Part shown: positions 26,941 through 39,859 of the stretch, in pieces | How positions within the stretch are numbered: the stretch's first letter is position 1 | How the letters are laid out: the number at the start of each line of letters is the position of its first letter | Origin: Lama guanicoe | Taxonomy: Eukaryota | Assembly (NCBI GenBank): GCA_013239625.1 | Contig: MU053482.1 | Coordinates: 1,525,168 to 1,589,167, forward strand | Length of the DNA stretch: 64,000 nucleotides | Direction: 5' to 3' | Program-made: the position numbers and the translations under genes | Notes under the pieces: generated by a model | Told to the model about the DNA's origin: nothing | Databases searched by the model: none | Seen by the model: only the letters and a program-made list of their open reading frames with translations

Positions 26941-27274
26941 ATAGATGGAGCACAAGGGATTTTTAGGGCAATGAAATTATTCTGTATGATACCATAGTGG
27001 TGGCTACATATCATTATGCATTTGTCAAAGTCCATAGAATGTACAACATCAAGAGTGAACCCTAAGGTAAACTATGGAATTTGGTTGATAATAATGTACC
27101 CATATTGGTTCATCGATTTTACCAAATATGCCACACTGATGAGAGATGTTGAGGGTAGCGGAATATATATGTGTGGGTGGGAAGGGCTATGTGCTAACTC
27201 TCTGTATATTCTGCTCATTTCTGCTGTGAACCTGAAACTGCTCTAAAAAAAATAAAGTCTATTAGTAAAAAAAA
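26941..27274 (+). mobile_element. L1MC-type 3' end
   Basis: Typical 3'UTR and aataaa; perfect 17-bp TSD gaaaatatttgtactta (26924-26940, 27275-27291). Confidence 0.85.
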
Positions 27275-27530
27275 GAAAATATTTGTACTTATAGATGTCA
27301 GAAATGGTGGGTGAAGTAAAAATTAAGCTTTTTTTTTTTTGGCTAAATGCTCCTATCTTAGTAGTGCATGTTTATTTTTTCACCCTGAAAATTTTCTTGA
27401 GACTAATGTGATAAAATTTATGGGCCTAGCATACTATGAAAACACACTGAAATTTACTTAGTACATTATTTATTCGTCTTCAGGAGAGGCTTTTATTACA
27501 ATAGTGTTTATTCTTAAAAATCAGATTACT

Positions 27531-28469
27531 TTAGGACCACCAATGTGTTCTAGCCATTAATTTTCTCATGGCCTCTTTAACCTCCTTGTTCCTCAAACTG
27601 TAGATAAGGGGGTTCAACATGGGGATCACCACTGTGTAAAACAAAGATACCACTTTGTTTTGTTCAGTTGAGTAGCTGGACTTGGGCATCACATAAATGA
27701 ATGTGATGGTGCCAAAGAACAGAGTGACCGCTGTGAGGTGGGATGTGCAGGTGGAGAAGGCTTTGTGGCGCCCCTCGGTGGATCGCATCTTCAGGACTGA
27801 GGAAATGATGTAAACGTAAGAGAGACCAATGATAAATACAGTGACTACAATGATGGAGCCAGAAAAGATGGCTGGAATGACTTCAGAAGTAAAATCATGA
27901 GAACAAGAAAGCTCCAAAAGTGGTGAATAATCACAGAAAAAGTGATTTACTTTATTCGGTCCACAGAAGGACAGACTTAATAAACAGCCAGTAAATGTCC
28001 AAGTGTTCACACATCCACCTAGGTAGGACATCCCCACTAAGAGGATACAGACTCTGGGGGACACATGGGTGGAGTACAGCAGGGGCAAGCAGATGGCCAC
28101 ATAGCGGTCATAGGCCATGGCAGCCAGCAGGAAGCACTCGGCTGTCCCAAAGGTGACCACGGAACAGAGTTGGGTGACACAACCAGCAACATGGATAGAG
28201 GTGCCCTCCCCTAGGAAGCCCATGAGCATGACAGGCGTGACTGATGAGGAGTACCCGATGTCCACAAAGGCCAAGTGGCAGAGGACAAGGTACATTGGGG
28301 TGTGAAGCTGGGGGCTGCTTCTGATTAACATGATTATGCTGATATTGCCCATTAAGGTGACAACATAGATTCCTAGAAACACAATAAATAAAATGGCACA
28401 AACTGTAGTACTTTCTGTTAACCCCAAAATAATGAACTCTGTCACAGTTGTGTAGTTTCCAGTCCCCAT
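27531..28469 (-). CDS. OR5P3: Olfactory receptor OR5P3-like, intact, 312 aa
   Basis: [17 protein letters not shown]...[48 protein letters not shown]; acceptor ttttctttcAG at 28492-28491. Confidence 0.92.
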   Translation of the reverse strand: MGTGNYTTVTEFIILGLTESTTVCAILFIVFLGIYVVTLMGNISIIMLIRSSPQLHTPMYLVLCHLAFVDIGYSSSVTPVMLMGFLGEGTSIHVAGCVTQLCSVVTFGTAECFLLAAMAYDRYVAICLPLLYSTHVSPRVCILLVGMSYLGGCVNTWTFTGCLLSLSFCGPNKVNHFFCDYSPLLELSCSHDFTSEVIPAIFSGSIIVVTVFIIGLSYVYIISSVLKMRSTEGRHKAFSTCTSHLTAVTLFFGTITFIYVMPKSSYSTEQNKVVSLFYTVVIPMLNPLIYSLRNKEVKEAMRKLMARTHWWS

Positions 28470-31400
28470 CTACATGGAGAATGGTGTGCACTGAAAGAAA
28501 AACAAGTGGATATCAGAATGGAAGAAAATACCGTAGTCTACATACTTATTTTTTACAATAGCTATATAACAAACATCACAACATACAAACTCATGTAAAT
28601 ATTTGGGGGAAATGTTTCCATACACAATACCTTGTGTGGGACTTGAAAATATAAATGCTCATTGATACAAGGCCAGGAATATTCAGAAAAATCTTTTTTT
28701 TTTAATTAACACATTCAACTCAATTCGCATTATGTAGTTTACGTGGTCCACGAGAAATTGTTTCACATGAGCACATCCTAGAGATGGCCACTAGATGGTA
28801 CCAGGGACCCAGTAACTGTACCTTCTAAACCAAATATGATCAAAGAGAGCAGAAATGTCATGCCAGGGCTCATGGAAAAGAATAACTGTTCAACATGACA
28901 TCTGAGGCGTCATTGCTTGTATGAAAGAGGATGCAGTCATAATGAGTCTTGAATTTAAAGCAGATCTCAAACAGATTAGCTGCATGCTAATCCAGAGGAC
29001 CAGGAGGAGATCAGTAGCTCATCCGCAGGCTGTGGTCCCCACCTACAGGTATCACCATTGGAGGAAAGCACAACCAATAAGCAGGAAGTTTGGACAGAGA
29101 CGGAAAGCAGAAGGTGCTCAAATCATGAACAAGTCCACCTGGAGAGACTAAGGTTTGGAAAAGGAGATGCCACATCTTAGGATCAAGCTATCTGATTCAT
29201 GATAGTGAGCCAACCTGGGGAAAGGGAACCAGACACAGTGACCAGGTTACTCTTGAAAGGCTTTACAGATGCCTGAGGCTTTGCAGAACCTGAGGCTGGG
29301 CTGCTAGCAAAAGCTTCCAGCCTCCTAATTCCCACAGGCATCCAGCCCCATTTGAATAGTTCCTGTCTGAGAAAAATCCACCTTTATACCAGCTTCTGGA
29401 AAGCTCTTCCCCCATATAAATTTGTCTGAGAAAAATCATGAAAAAGCAAGAAAAGTATGAGAGCTTTCTCATAGAGTCACTGGATACCCAGCTTCCAAAG
29501 GCCACTCCATCTCCCTGATTTTACAAAGTTAGAAACTGACATCTAAAGAAGTTAGATAACAAAGTTTAGGTTAAATCGCTTTATGATAAGTGAGCTGAAA
29601 TGAAAGGTCATACCTGGAGTCATATTTATATGACACAAACATTTTCTGTAATTTCTAAAGAAGAATATAGAATATCAGAAAGTATATTTGATTCATTTAT
29701 ATGATCAAAAAGTTTTTTTTATTTATGTTAATATATAAATAATACCTTTACTCTTAAAAATGTGCTTTGCAAATCTGGTAATTCTAATGCAGAAATGGCT
29801 ACTGAAATGTCACTACAAGGATAAAGGGTCTCCTTCAGTGCCCAGTCCCAGGGAACTGATGTGCCCTTGTTTTCAGCTGAACCGTTGTGGGTCCTTGGTA
29901 GATGATGAATAATATTTAACGAGGATTTTCTTTTTGCAGAGCAACTAAGGGGATAGACATGGTATTTGAGTGTAGATGCAAGGGAGAGAATAAAATAACC
30001 GTTATATGTGAGCTGAGCAAAGCTGAAGTAGGTTCATGAGATGGGCAAAGCCAACAAAAGGGCATCGGGCCCCCAGGGGACTGAAGATTCATGTTAATGA
30101 TTCTACCAGGAAGAATGAGCTAGAAAGATAGGAGGTGGTGATGGTTACAGTTTGGGATGCAAACAGTTTAAAGTGAGATTAAAAGTTACAGTTATCGGCA
30201 AATGGCGATGCCTATTACGTCTAAACTCTGACAATGAGAATGTCTGGGTGGGGTAGGGAGAAAAACAAGATCTCTGGAGGAGAGGGCAAGAAACTAAGAC
30301 GTTAGAAGGATCTTTTTGTGGCTGTATTAAAACCATCAGGACTTGCGGCGGGAATACCGTAAGAGAGAAAGAGAGAAAGCCAGAGCCAAAACTCTTCCGA
30401 GGATAAGGCGACATGACACTGGGGAGATAGAACGCCTACAAGTGGCAAAGGGGAGAAGGAATACTATCCACTAGCAGGCGCAGGAGTATGAGGGGTAAGA
30501 GAAAAAACATTCGACCCCTGAGAAGGTTGCAGAGAAAAAGAATACCCTCGGGGGGTGGGGGGCAAGTATCTACTGGAGAGGACAGTGCAGAGAATGGAGT
30601 GTTCAAAAGAGATGTTAAGGACGTGAGATTCTGTTGGTAACTGCAAGTACCAAAGAGCACAGGAAAAGGCTTCGAGGGTTAAAGGGAGGCAGAAGCAGGA
30701 CCTCTTGATTCAGGAGAAAATTAGGAGACTTGAAAATAAACTTTGACAGCTCCAGTCGACTGGAGATAACATTCAAAGAGGGGGTAGAGAAGATATTACA
30801 CAAAAATATTGAATGTGTATTAGTATGTTGTGGTTAACAGCTGAATGAACAAAAAAGGAAATGAAGGCTACTCCCAAAAATGTGGGGAAGAGGTGATGGG
30901 GAACCTATTCTGCTAACCTGGATTGATTTAATAATTTTGAGGCAATCCCAGCATCCCACCTAGAGAAAAGTCATCCCTGTTAGAAAATTAAAAACCAGTA
31001 AAGAGAACTATTAGGTAAAACCAAGGGTCAAAGATTCTGGGGTTAAAAAAAATTTTCCTATAATAGTCATTTCTGAGATTACTGCAGTGGTGACTTGACA
31101 AAGATCCAAAATTGCCAGTGATATCTTGAATGATCTTTATGGAGTGTACATCCTGGATATGATGTAGAGTCTATTGTGACATATCAGTTCTACCTATGCC
31201 TGCTATTTCATACAAGGTTACAAAAAAAAATTGGCTAGAAATAGAGAACATCTCACTAAGACAGGAAGGGATGAAGATATATGCTCATATTATCTAAAAT
31301 GTTTAAACTGAACTTGAGAGAGATGAGAGAAAAAATCCCCAAACTGGAGAAATTGGTTTTTATGAAGGACAGCAAAATTCTCATGAAAATTAAAAATTAA

Positions 31401-31782
31401 ATGTGAGCATCCTTAGTCATAAATAAGAGAAAATATTTGAGTATTTGTAGAGTCTCGGGAGTTTATGGAAAAGCAGGCTTTTTTGGTAATAGATGTTGGG
31501 ATTACAACATGGATCAGTACAGACAAAGGGGAATTAACAAAATGGGAGGAAATTTGGCAATAGCTGCTACAAAATAGGGAGGCTGACTGGCACTCTGTGT
31601 GAACTGGGTGAGCATATGAGTAGAGAGGAGCAGGCACGGGAGTCTAAAGTGGATGAAGGAACAAGTGACGTTAACCTTAGGCAAGAAATGACTCGGGAGG
31701 GAAGCTGACGTACTTTATTTATTTTTTACTGCTCCAGGGTCCAATTCTTAGAAGTCCAGAGGATACATAAAATATCTATTCA

Positions 31783-32552
31783 ATGGTCATCATCAAAAAG
31801 TTGACAAATAAGCTCAGGAGAGGGTGTGGGGAAAAGGAACCCTCGCACACCATTGGTGGGAATGTAAATTGGTGCAGTCACTATGGAGAACAGTACAGAG
31901 GTTCCTTAAAAAACTAAGAATAGAGTTACCATATGATCCAGCAACCCCACTCCTGGGCATATATCCAGAGAAAACTCTAATTGGAAAAGATACATGCACC
32001 CCAATGTTCATAGCAGCACTATTTATAATAGACAAAACATGGCAACAACCTAAATGTCCATTAACAGATGATTGGATAAAGAAGTTGTGGTCGATATATG
32101 CAGTGGACAACTACTCAGCCATAAAAAAGAATGAAATAATGCCATTTGCAGCAACATGGATGGACCTAGAGATTATCATACTAAGTGAAGTAAGTCAGAC
32201 ACAGAAAGACAAATATCGTATGATATAGCTTATATGTAGAATCTAAAAAATAATGATACAAGTGAATTTATTTATAAAACATAAAGGCTCACAGACATAG
32301 AAAACAAACCTGTGGTTACCAAAGGGAAAAGAGGGGAGGGGGATAAATTAGGAGTTTGGGATTAACATATATAAAATAGATAACCAACAAGAGTCTACTG
32401 TATAGCACAGAGAGCTATATTCAATGTCTTGTAATAACCTATAATAGAAAAGAACCTGAAAAAGAATAGTTTTATAGATGTATGTGTGTAACTGAACCAC
32501 TTTGCTGTACATCTGAAACTAACAACATTGTAGATCACTATACTTCAATTAA
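31783..32552 (+). mobile_element. 5'-truncated L1 (ORF2 C-terminus and 3'UTR)
   Basis: [42 protein letters not shown] aaaatat(c/t)tattca (31769-31782, 32553-32566). Confidence 0.95.
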
Positions 32553-33276
32553 AAAATATTTATTCAGTACATAGAAGAATTATCAAATAGTTGCAACTGT
32601 ACTTGGTCTGAATGAACTGCCTTTATAGATAAGCCTGACAATTGGTGAGATTCAGGAATTACAGAATCTGCCTGAGTAGTTGTGACTCTGTGTTTTAGAA
32701 TCAAATCAAGGCTGATATTCCAGGATTTGGCACAGATTAAACCCACCATAGCCCATACTCCACATATCCACAGGAAGAGAATGTTTTAGGTAGAAAGATA
32801 CTTTATTTATGGAATCTGCAATGTCTTTGCATCTATGTATTTTAAATATCCAATTGTTGCCTATAATAGAATTAAGAAAGGAACAGAAGAAAAACTGTTA
32901 CAACAATAAGTGGAGAGGAAATGATGGAGCAGGGGAGGATGAAGGACAGGCTGTCCAGAGGGAACAGAAAGAGGTGTTGTAGCTGAGAAAATAAGAGAGA
33001 AAATTTCTTTTCCACATGTCAAAAATTTCATCCCATTTTGTCAATTATATTCTTTTCTCTTCTACTGGAAGAAATTTAGGATGATTCAATGTTTTCTTAT
33101 GTCATTTAATATAAGATTTACTTACTCATGGAAACCTCCATTCTTTGTGCAGCATTTTCATTGTCAAAACTCCTCAACAATAACAACCACAAGAATGCCT
33201 ATAATTTGCTCTTTACAGAGCAACCAAGATGAAAGAATAATTTACTTCAGGAATTCAGTGTCAAGCACATTGACAT

Positions 33277-33307
33277 TACACACACAAACACACACACACA
33301 CACACAC
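33277..33307. repeat. (AC)n microsatellite
   Basis: Direct read, one interruption. Confidence 0.9.
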
Positions 33308-33894
33308 TCAAATGGCGTCATCACCCATGTGCTCAGCCAGCCACATTGTTACGCTTTTATTCTAAACAGAAATAATGTTATATGTGAATTGGTTGAGCAA
33401 TAACATGTCACGTTATGAACAACAATTACACGTCTGAACTCAGAAATCCTACCTAGAACTAGAATTAGAAACTTTGTTAACTAGACACAGTCCCAAGACA
33501 GAAAGCTTAAAATTTTAGAGAAAACAGATGCCTATGACCAGATCAAGTTCAGAGTCTGTTTTGAGTGCCAGTAATGGCGTGGAAGCACAGACAAGCCATG
33601 AATTTTGCAGCCATCTAGGCCTGGAATCAGATTCTTGCTTTGCCACTAATTACCTATGGAATCTTAGACAATTGATATAAAATCTTCAACCCTTCCATAT
33701 TTATTTGTTTAAAGAAATATCTCAGAAAATTCTTGTTTTGAATAAGATAATGTGCATGATAATACCAAACAATACTCATAGAAATAAATGGATGTTCAAC
33801 AAATGATTATTCCCTTAAAATACCCAAACCTTAGGTTCTAATACAAAAATGAGAGACAAACATTCCTGTATCAATAGAAAAGGAAAGTTATTAC

Positions 33895-34005
33895 CTGCAG
33901 ATGTTTGTACCTCAACAACAAGGACAAATGTCAAAGACTTGTCTCTGCCAAGCAAGGTTATATTCATGAGATTCAGGGTCTTTGGGGATGTAACCCCTTG
34001 AGGAC
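33895..34005 (-). promoter_or_regulatory. Candidate non-coding exon 1 and promoter of OR5P3-like
   Basis: Minus-strand donor CAG|GTAATA at 33895/33894; O/E-like tctttgggga (33979) and ccccttgagg (33994). Confidence 0.45.
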
Positions 34006-34204
34006 AATATTTGTTTGTGAAAATTCCACTGAAAATCCATCAGGACAGAGAAAATCATATGTACCCATGCTCATATAAATATGTACCATCTAAGAATATC
34101 TATAAACTTATTTTTATGTGTACATTAGAATTTTTAATGAAAACTTTTGATGGATTTCTAAAATAATTCTAATTGTATTGGGACACACGAGAACAAACAA
34201 AAAC

Positions 34205-34700
34205 ATGCATGACTGGGACATTGTGTTGTACACCAGAAACTGATGCATTGTAACTGACTGTACTTCAATTAAAAAAGAAGAATAAACAAAGATACAGTGA
34301 GCAGATATAATTTCAATTCAAAATAGAAATCCTTCTGGGAAAAATTAGTGCTTGTGTGTATATATATATACACATATATGTATATATGTATATTTCTAGA
34401 TGATGCTACTTTTTAAATTAAATATATTATTTTGAGATAATTGTAGATTTACAGGTAGTTATAAGAAATAGTAGCACAGGGAGATCCTGCACACCCTTTA
34501 CCCATTTTTCCCCAATGGTAACATCTTATAAAACTATAGTATAATCTCACAAACAGGATATTGACAGTGATGCAGTCAAGATAAAGAACATTTTCATCAC
34601 CACAAAGATCCTTCGTGTTATCCTTTTATAGTCACCACAACTCCTGTCCCATCCCCATCCCCATCCCCTCCTTACCTTCTGGCAACCCCTAATTTGTTCT
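34205..34700. mobile_element. Short L1 3' end (+, 34205-34279) and old L1 3' end (-, ~34410-34700)
   Basis: tgtacaccagaaactga...acttcaattaaaaaa; ttgagataattgtagattta...cccaatggtaacatctt. Confidence 0.7.
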
Positions 34701-34959
34701 TCAAAAATAATTCAGGATTCTGTCTCTTTGAATTTATTTGAATGAAGTTGTCAAATATAACGTATGTCCAAAGACTCATATTCGGGAATCATTCCTTCAT
34801 TCTGCAAATATTTACTGAGCACCTACTAAGTCTTGGGCACTGTGCTAAGCACTGGGAATAAAAGGGCAAGCATGAGAATCACAGTCCTTGCACTCATAAA
34901 AGTCACATTCCAGTACTCGAAAATTGCAGGACAAAACAAAAACAAAATAAAAAGACAAG

Positions 34960-35640
34960 TATTCATCCACTTTTGATACTGATTGATTAGCCTATTCAAA
35001 CTAATCCTCTCAGAACAACCAGAATCTGGTGAAAATGAAAAATGAAATCAACATCTTAAAGGCAACAGATAACTAACAAAGTAGTGAGTTATTATAAGGG
35101 TAAGATCTAGGCAAAGATGGAAATCCACAGAGCTGAGCCTAACATTCAGGACTTTTCTTTCCTAGGGAATTTCGCAGATTCTCAAAAGGAGGTGGCCAAA
35201 AAGCTTATTCGTGATTTTTGACAGTTTCATGGGGCTATGTGGAAAGAAGAAAAGATAAGACAACATACAAAGAAATAGCAGAAGCAAGAGACAATAGAAA
35301 CAGACCCAAGGGGCTCCAGATACTGGAATAACCAATGACTATAATTAATGTATTGAAGGACACTAAAAAATATTGAAATCTTAGTGAAAACTGAAAACTA
35401 TATAAAAAGAAACTATCTTGCAAAACTCAAAATACAATATAAAAATTGAGCTTAACAGATGGTTTTAATAACATATTTGACACAGTGGAGAAAATTAGTG
35501 AGCTGGAAGATATGCCAGAAGAAAATGTTCATAATAAAGCACGGAGAGACAGAAGCATAAAAAATAAGAAAAATGGATAGGTGATCTACAGAACACAGTT
35601 AGAAGGTCAAACAAGCATTTAATTCGATTCACAAAAGTAG
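34960..35640 (+). mobile_element. Old L1 5'/ORF1 fragment
   Basis: gaaacagaccca...agatactggaat, aaattagtgagctggaagat ORF1-like text. Confidence 0.6.
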
Positions 35641-36639
35641 AGTCTTATTGAGTGGCTACTCATGAGTCTAAAATTATTATGATCAATCAACCCAATTCTG
35701 CTTAATTTAGCCACAGTTGTTACTATTACTTAGTTTAAGAACCATGAATAATGTAGAAGTCAACAAAGGAGTTGGTTGTGGCAAAAGGCAGTGAACATCA
35801 AACTAATGTGAAGAGACTCAGGTTTAAAATAGTTCACTAAATATCACCTGTGATCACCTAAAGTGGCCACTGAAGGCAAGTCTTTAATGACAAAATGCCC
35901 TCCATCAGAATGAAGAACTTAAGAAATTCACTAACTATGGTGTTGGATTGTCTCTTCTAATCATTCTAGAAGCCTCAAAGAGAATTAAAGATTCGTACTT
36001 GTAAATTCTCTGCCTAAGTAGTAGAGTGAAGTGAAGGGCTATCAATGAACAAGCCAAAATTCCTAGGGCAGACACTGACCCTGTCAGTTGATATGTTACA
36101 TCAGCTGAGCTCAGAGGAAGCCCCTGGAAGTATTGCTGAGGCAGCAGATCCAGTTTCTGGTCAGCAGGGCTGATGTTAGTGTCCTTAGTGTCCAGTGTGC
36201 AGCGGTGGTTGTGCTTTTAACACAGGCTGCAGTTCCTGGTGCTGAGCAGCACCAGCAATGGGGTCCTCACGTGCTCAGTTCCAGGCAGGGACTTGGGGCA
36301 TACCTTTCAACCTGATTCTACAGCCTTCCTGGTGGCTTCTGATCTACTAAAAATATCCAGACTTTATTTCTGTTGCTTGCAGTTAAAAACTCTCACTGGC
36401 TGTTATGCACATGTTATTAGCAGAGTTTTTCTGTTAGAAATGTGTGCAGAATGGCAGCAACATTGCTTACTGGAATAAAATCAACATGGATGAGAGTTTT
36501 TATTTAGATGGCCCTCATCCACTTACGTAGCACCATTACATATGGAGTCAGGTATTCAGATGTTTAAATATGACAATATAAATGAATATAATGTACATGA
36601 CATCATTTAAAAGCACCTTATAATTGACAGAAAACAGAA

Positions 36640-37110
36640 TAGCATTAAGGAGAAAGATCTAAATTCTGGGCTCAAATTGCTTATTTCAAATCCCACCTCA
36701 GCCACCCACTCACTTGCTTTGTGACCTTGGCCATGTTACTTAACTCTAAGTGCTTCCGTTGCTCATCTATGCAATGAAGATAATAGAACTGTTGGAGATT
36801 GAGAGAGACAATAAGTGTCAAGAGTTTAGAATAATGTCTAGCATACAGTGAGTACTCAATAATTATCAGACACTATTAATATGAAAACAATAAAAACAGT
36901 AACAATAACACAAGAAAGAATTGTTTAATGTTTTAATTAGTTTAATCCTTTCAACATCCCACTGAGAAGTATTGCTATGGTCCCCACTTGAAGATGAGGA
37001 AACAGGAGCACAGGAAGCTTAAGTAACTGGCCTAAGATCATATGTAAGTGGATGAGTTTGGATTCCAGTCCTGGGTGGTGTGGCTCCAGAATTTTCACCC
37101 CTAATCACAA
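36640..37110. mobile_element. Two MIR fragments in opposite orientation
   Basis: tgtgaccttggccatgttacttaactct...; gatgaggaaacaggagcacagg...aagtaactggcctaagatca. Confidence 0.7.
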
Positions 37111-38771
37111 AACTAGAAATAATTTACCACTAATAGTACTACTACTATCCACTACCTGTTACCCTTATTTTTTATTATCATTATTATTTAGTCCTATTAA
37201 CATGCTGGCTCTGATTCGAAACCAAGGCTGACTTACTGCAATCATAAGCAAGTATATTTTCAAGCTCATTGGAACAATTGCTTGCCTTTGATAAGAAGGT
37301 TGTTTTCCTGAAACTAGACTTGGGTTTGGATTAGTAGGTGGTTTTAATGACTCCTTGGGGAGCAGCACAGCCTGTGCTCACAGACAATTTTAGAGACCAC
37401 AGTGAGCCTGAGGATTAGTCCAGGGATTCGCATCTCCTGTATTTGGAACTGAAGCTGAGGTGCAGAATTAAAGACTAGCCCTAGAGGACTCGCACGTGAG
37501 ACACCATCTCTGCCTATCCCTGCCTCCCCAGCAGCTCAGGCTGATACATCTGCCAGTCATGGCACATCCCCAGATAATGGGGGCATTAGAGCACAGGGGA
37601 TGTCATTAATTCATAGATATATATATATTTTCAAACAGAGACACAAATACCAGAGAAATACCTCTTTTCTCCCTTTGGGACCTGAAACTACCTGGTTCTT
37701 TCAAATTTAACAAAACTGGCATTTTTAATAAATTTCTAAAATCTCTGCTAACTGCTTTATGGATGACTGGTGAGTACTGTCTGAATCCATAGCTTGCCCC
37801 ACCACTAGGAGGGCCATCTGGTTGAGTTTCATTCAGGAATCAACAAGCTTCAAAATAACCTCCTAGATTAGTCACATTCTGAACTCACGTGTGTACGTTG
37901 ACCGAGAGAGATCAGAAAGATTCTAGGAATGGTGGGGGTCCAGGCTTCAACAAATAGAATCTGACTTATGAAACATAATGAGGCTAAAGGCGGCATTTTT
38001 AACTCCCATAAAAGGATTGTCTTTGTGGAAATAATTCATGACCAAGAAAGATACCAGAATCTTTTACAATGTTGTTTTATAGTAAAATGCTTAAGAGAAT
38101 TATCTACATCTTCATATTCTGCCTAGTTTTATCATATTGCTTTTCTCAGCCACGTTCTATAATAATTAAGGAATTGAGTATTTCAATTTTTATTTTTATT
38201 TTCAGGTTACATACAAAGTGTGTTTTAAAGTGTGTTACAAAGTGTATTGACAAAGTAAGCTTGAACATTTACAAATTAAGTACTTGGGGCAGAAGTATCC
38301 AAACAAATAATAGTACAATAACAAATGCAAAGGCAATATGAAATATGTGCAAAAAATGAATTTTAAATTTCAAACTGGTTATAAGTAAGTACATGGGCCG
38401 AAACAAAAAGATTTCTTATTCAACTATATATGCTTGTGAATAAGTTAAAATAATTCTGAAAATAGAATGGCTGGAGACAGTTACAGAGCCTAGTATGTAA
38501 CAAGAGCTTTGAAACACGAGTGAGCTAAATTAATGCTATAGTTCTAGGTATTCAGTTGGTCAATAAAGGACATTTTTCATATAAAGTCGCAGAGAAAAGA
38601 ACAGTATGTGAGAGTTCAGCCTAGCAATGAGTGTTCTACATTCTATTTGGATATCTTTCTTTGCAAGAACACACCTAGAGTACCAGTCAAAACCAGCATC
38701 TTATTATCTTATCATTCATTCATTCATCTTTATTCCTCGTATAATCATGCTTTAAATTGTATGAAGTCAAT

Positions 38772-39403
38772 TGCGGGGGGCCACTCGTAACCTGAGGACT
38801 GCCGAGCACAGAGGTTGGGCCTAAACTCCCACAGTGCAGGGCGTCAGGCTCTGAGGTTGATTCTAACAAAGACAATCTCTGTCCCGCCACCCCTTTGAAG
38901 AATGCACCAGGTGCATTAGAGCCTGAGGAGCATCCTGAGCTATTAAGTCACTAAGGACCTTTGGAAGGAGAGATACAATCGGCACACAAGTTAGTGATCT
39001 TAGCTTGAAGAACAATCACCTGAGTTAATAGTACACGAGTCACGATGTTAGCTTAGAGAAACAACAACCTTAGTTAGTGATCTTGGTATGTGGGAACATA
39101 TACCCTAGTTTATGAGTATTATAAACAACATTGATCTATAGAACTATGCACAAGTTAGTGAGTTTAGTACACACTGTGTTTAAACCATAAAACAATACCT
39201 GTGCCTACGTGCAAGAATGCACAAGGTAGTCACTTGAATTTGTATAAATTAACTGCCTGAAATAAACTCGAGGTCCACTCTTGACTTAGCGTCTTGCGGG
39301 CTAGAGTGAGACCCTCTCAACCCCACCTTCTAGTCTTGTCTTTCTTTTCTCAGTCCTGCAGCACAGGTTTCTGGACCTGATCGATTGTCGGCTGGCTCCG
39401 ACA
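38772..39403 (+). mobile_element. Young ERV solo LTR, 632 bp, probably class II
   Basis: TG...CA termini, perfect 6-bp TSD GTCAAT (38766-38771, 39404-39409), U3 tandem repeats, TATAAA 39243, AATAAA 39261, CpGs retained. Confidence 0.85.
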
Positions 39404-39859
39404 GTCAATAGTGCCACATGCCAGTTGTATTTTAATATCTCTTTAAGTAAAAAGACTGAACCGCGATGTCGCATCAGAATTCCTTCCACTGAACACTTTT
39501 ATAAACCCCTCTTTTACCAGGATGTTTCTATTCTTCAGAAATCAATTGCAAAAATTAGGCTCACAGGTAAGATGGGGTATTATCAGAATGCATGCCTACA
39601 GTGTAATTCAAGCAAGGGGTGCGAGAAAGAGGACTTAATAATGGTTTGTGGTGAGAAGATTCACAGGAGCAAATATGTTCAGTGTTGTTTGTACACACTA
39701 AGGATGTGAGAGTTACATTTGCAGAACTAACATCAAAAATCTGCTGAGGGAAAGCTGTTTACATCTACTCTCAATCCCTCTGATTATTCACTGTTTTCCT
39801 CAGTGTCTGCTATCTTCTTATTTTTCCCCCAGAAGGAAACAAAATCAAGAACAAACAAA

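Noticed and set aside
12164..28491. Overlapping or antisense ORFs on OR genes (12181, 12220, 21118, 21346, 28108, 28117)
   Set aside because: Shadow frames of the OR coding sequences.
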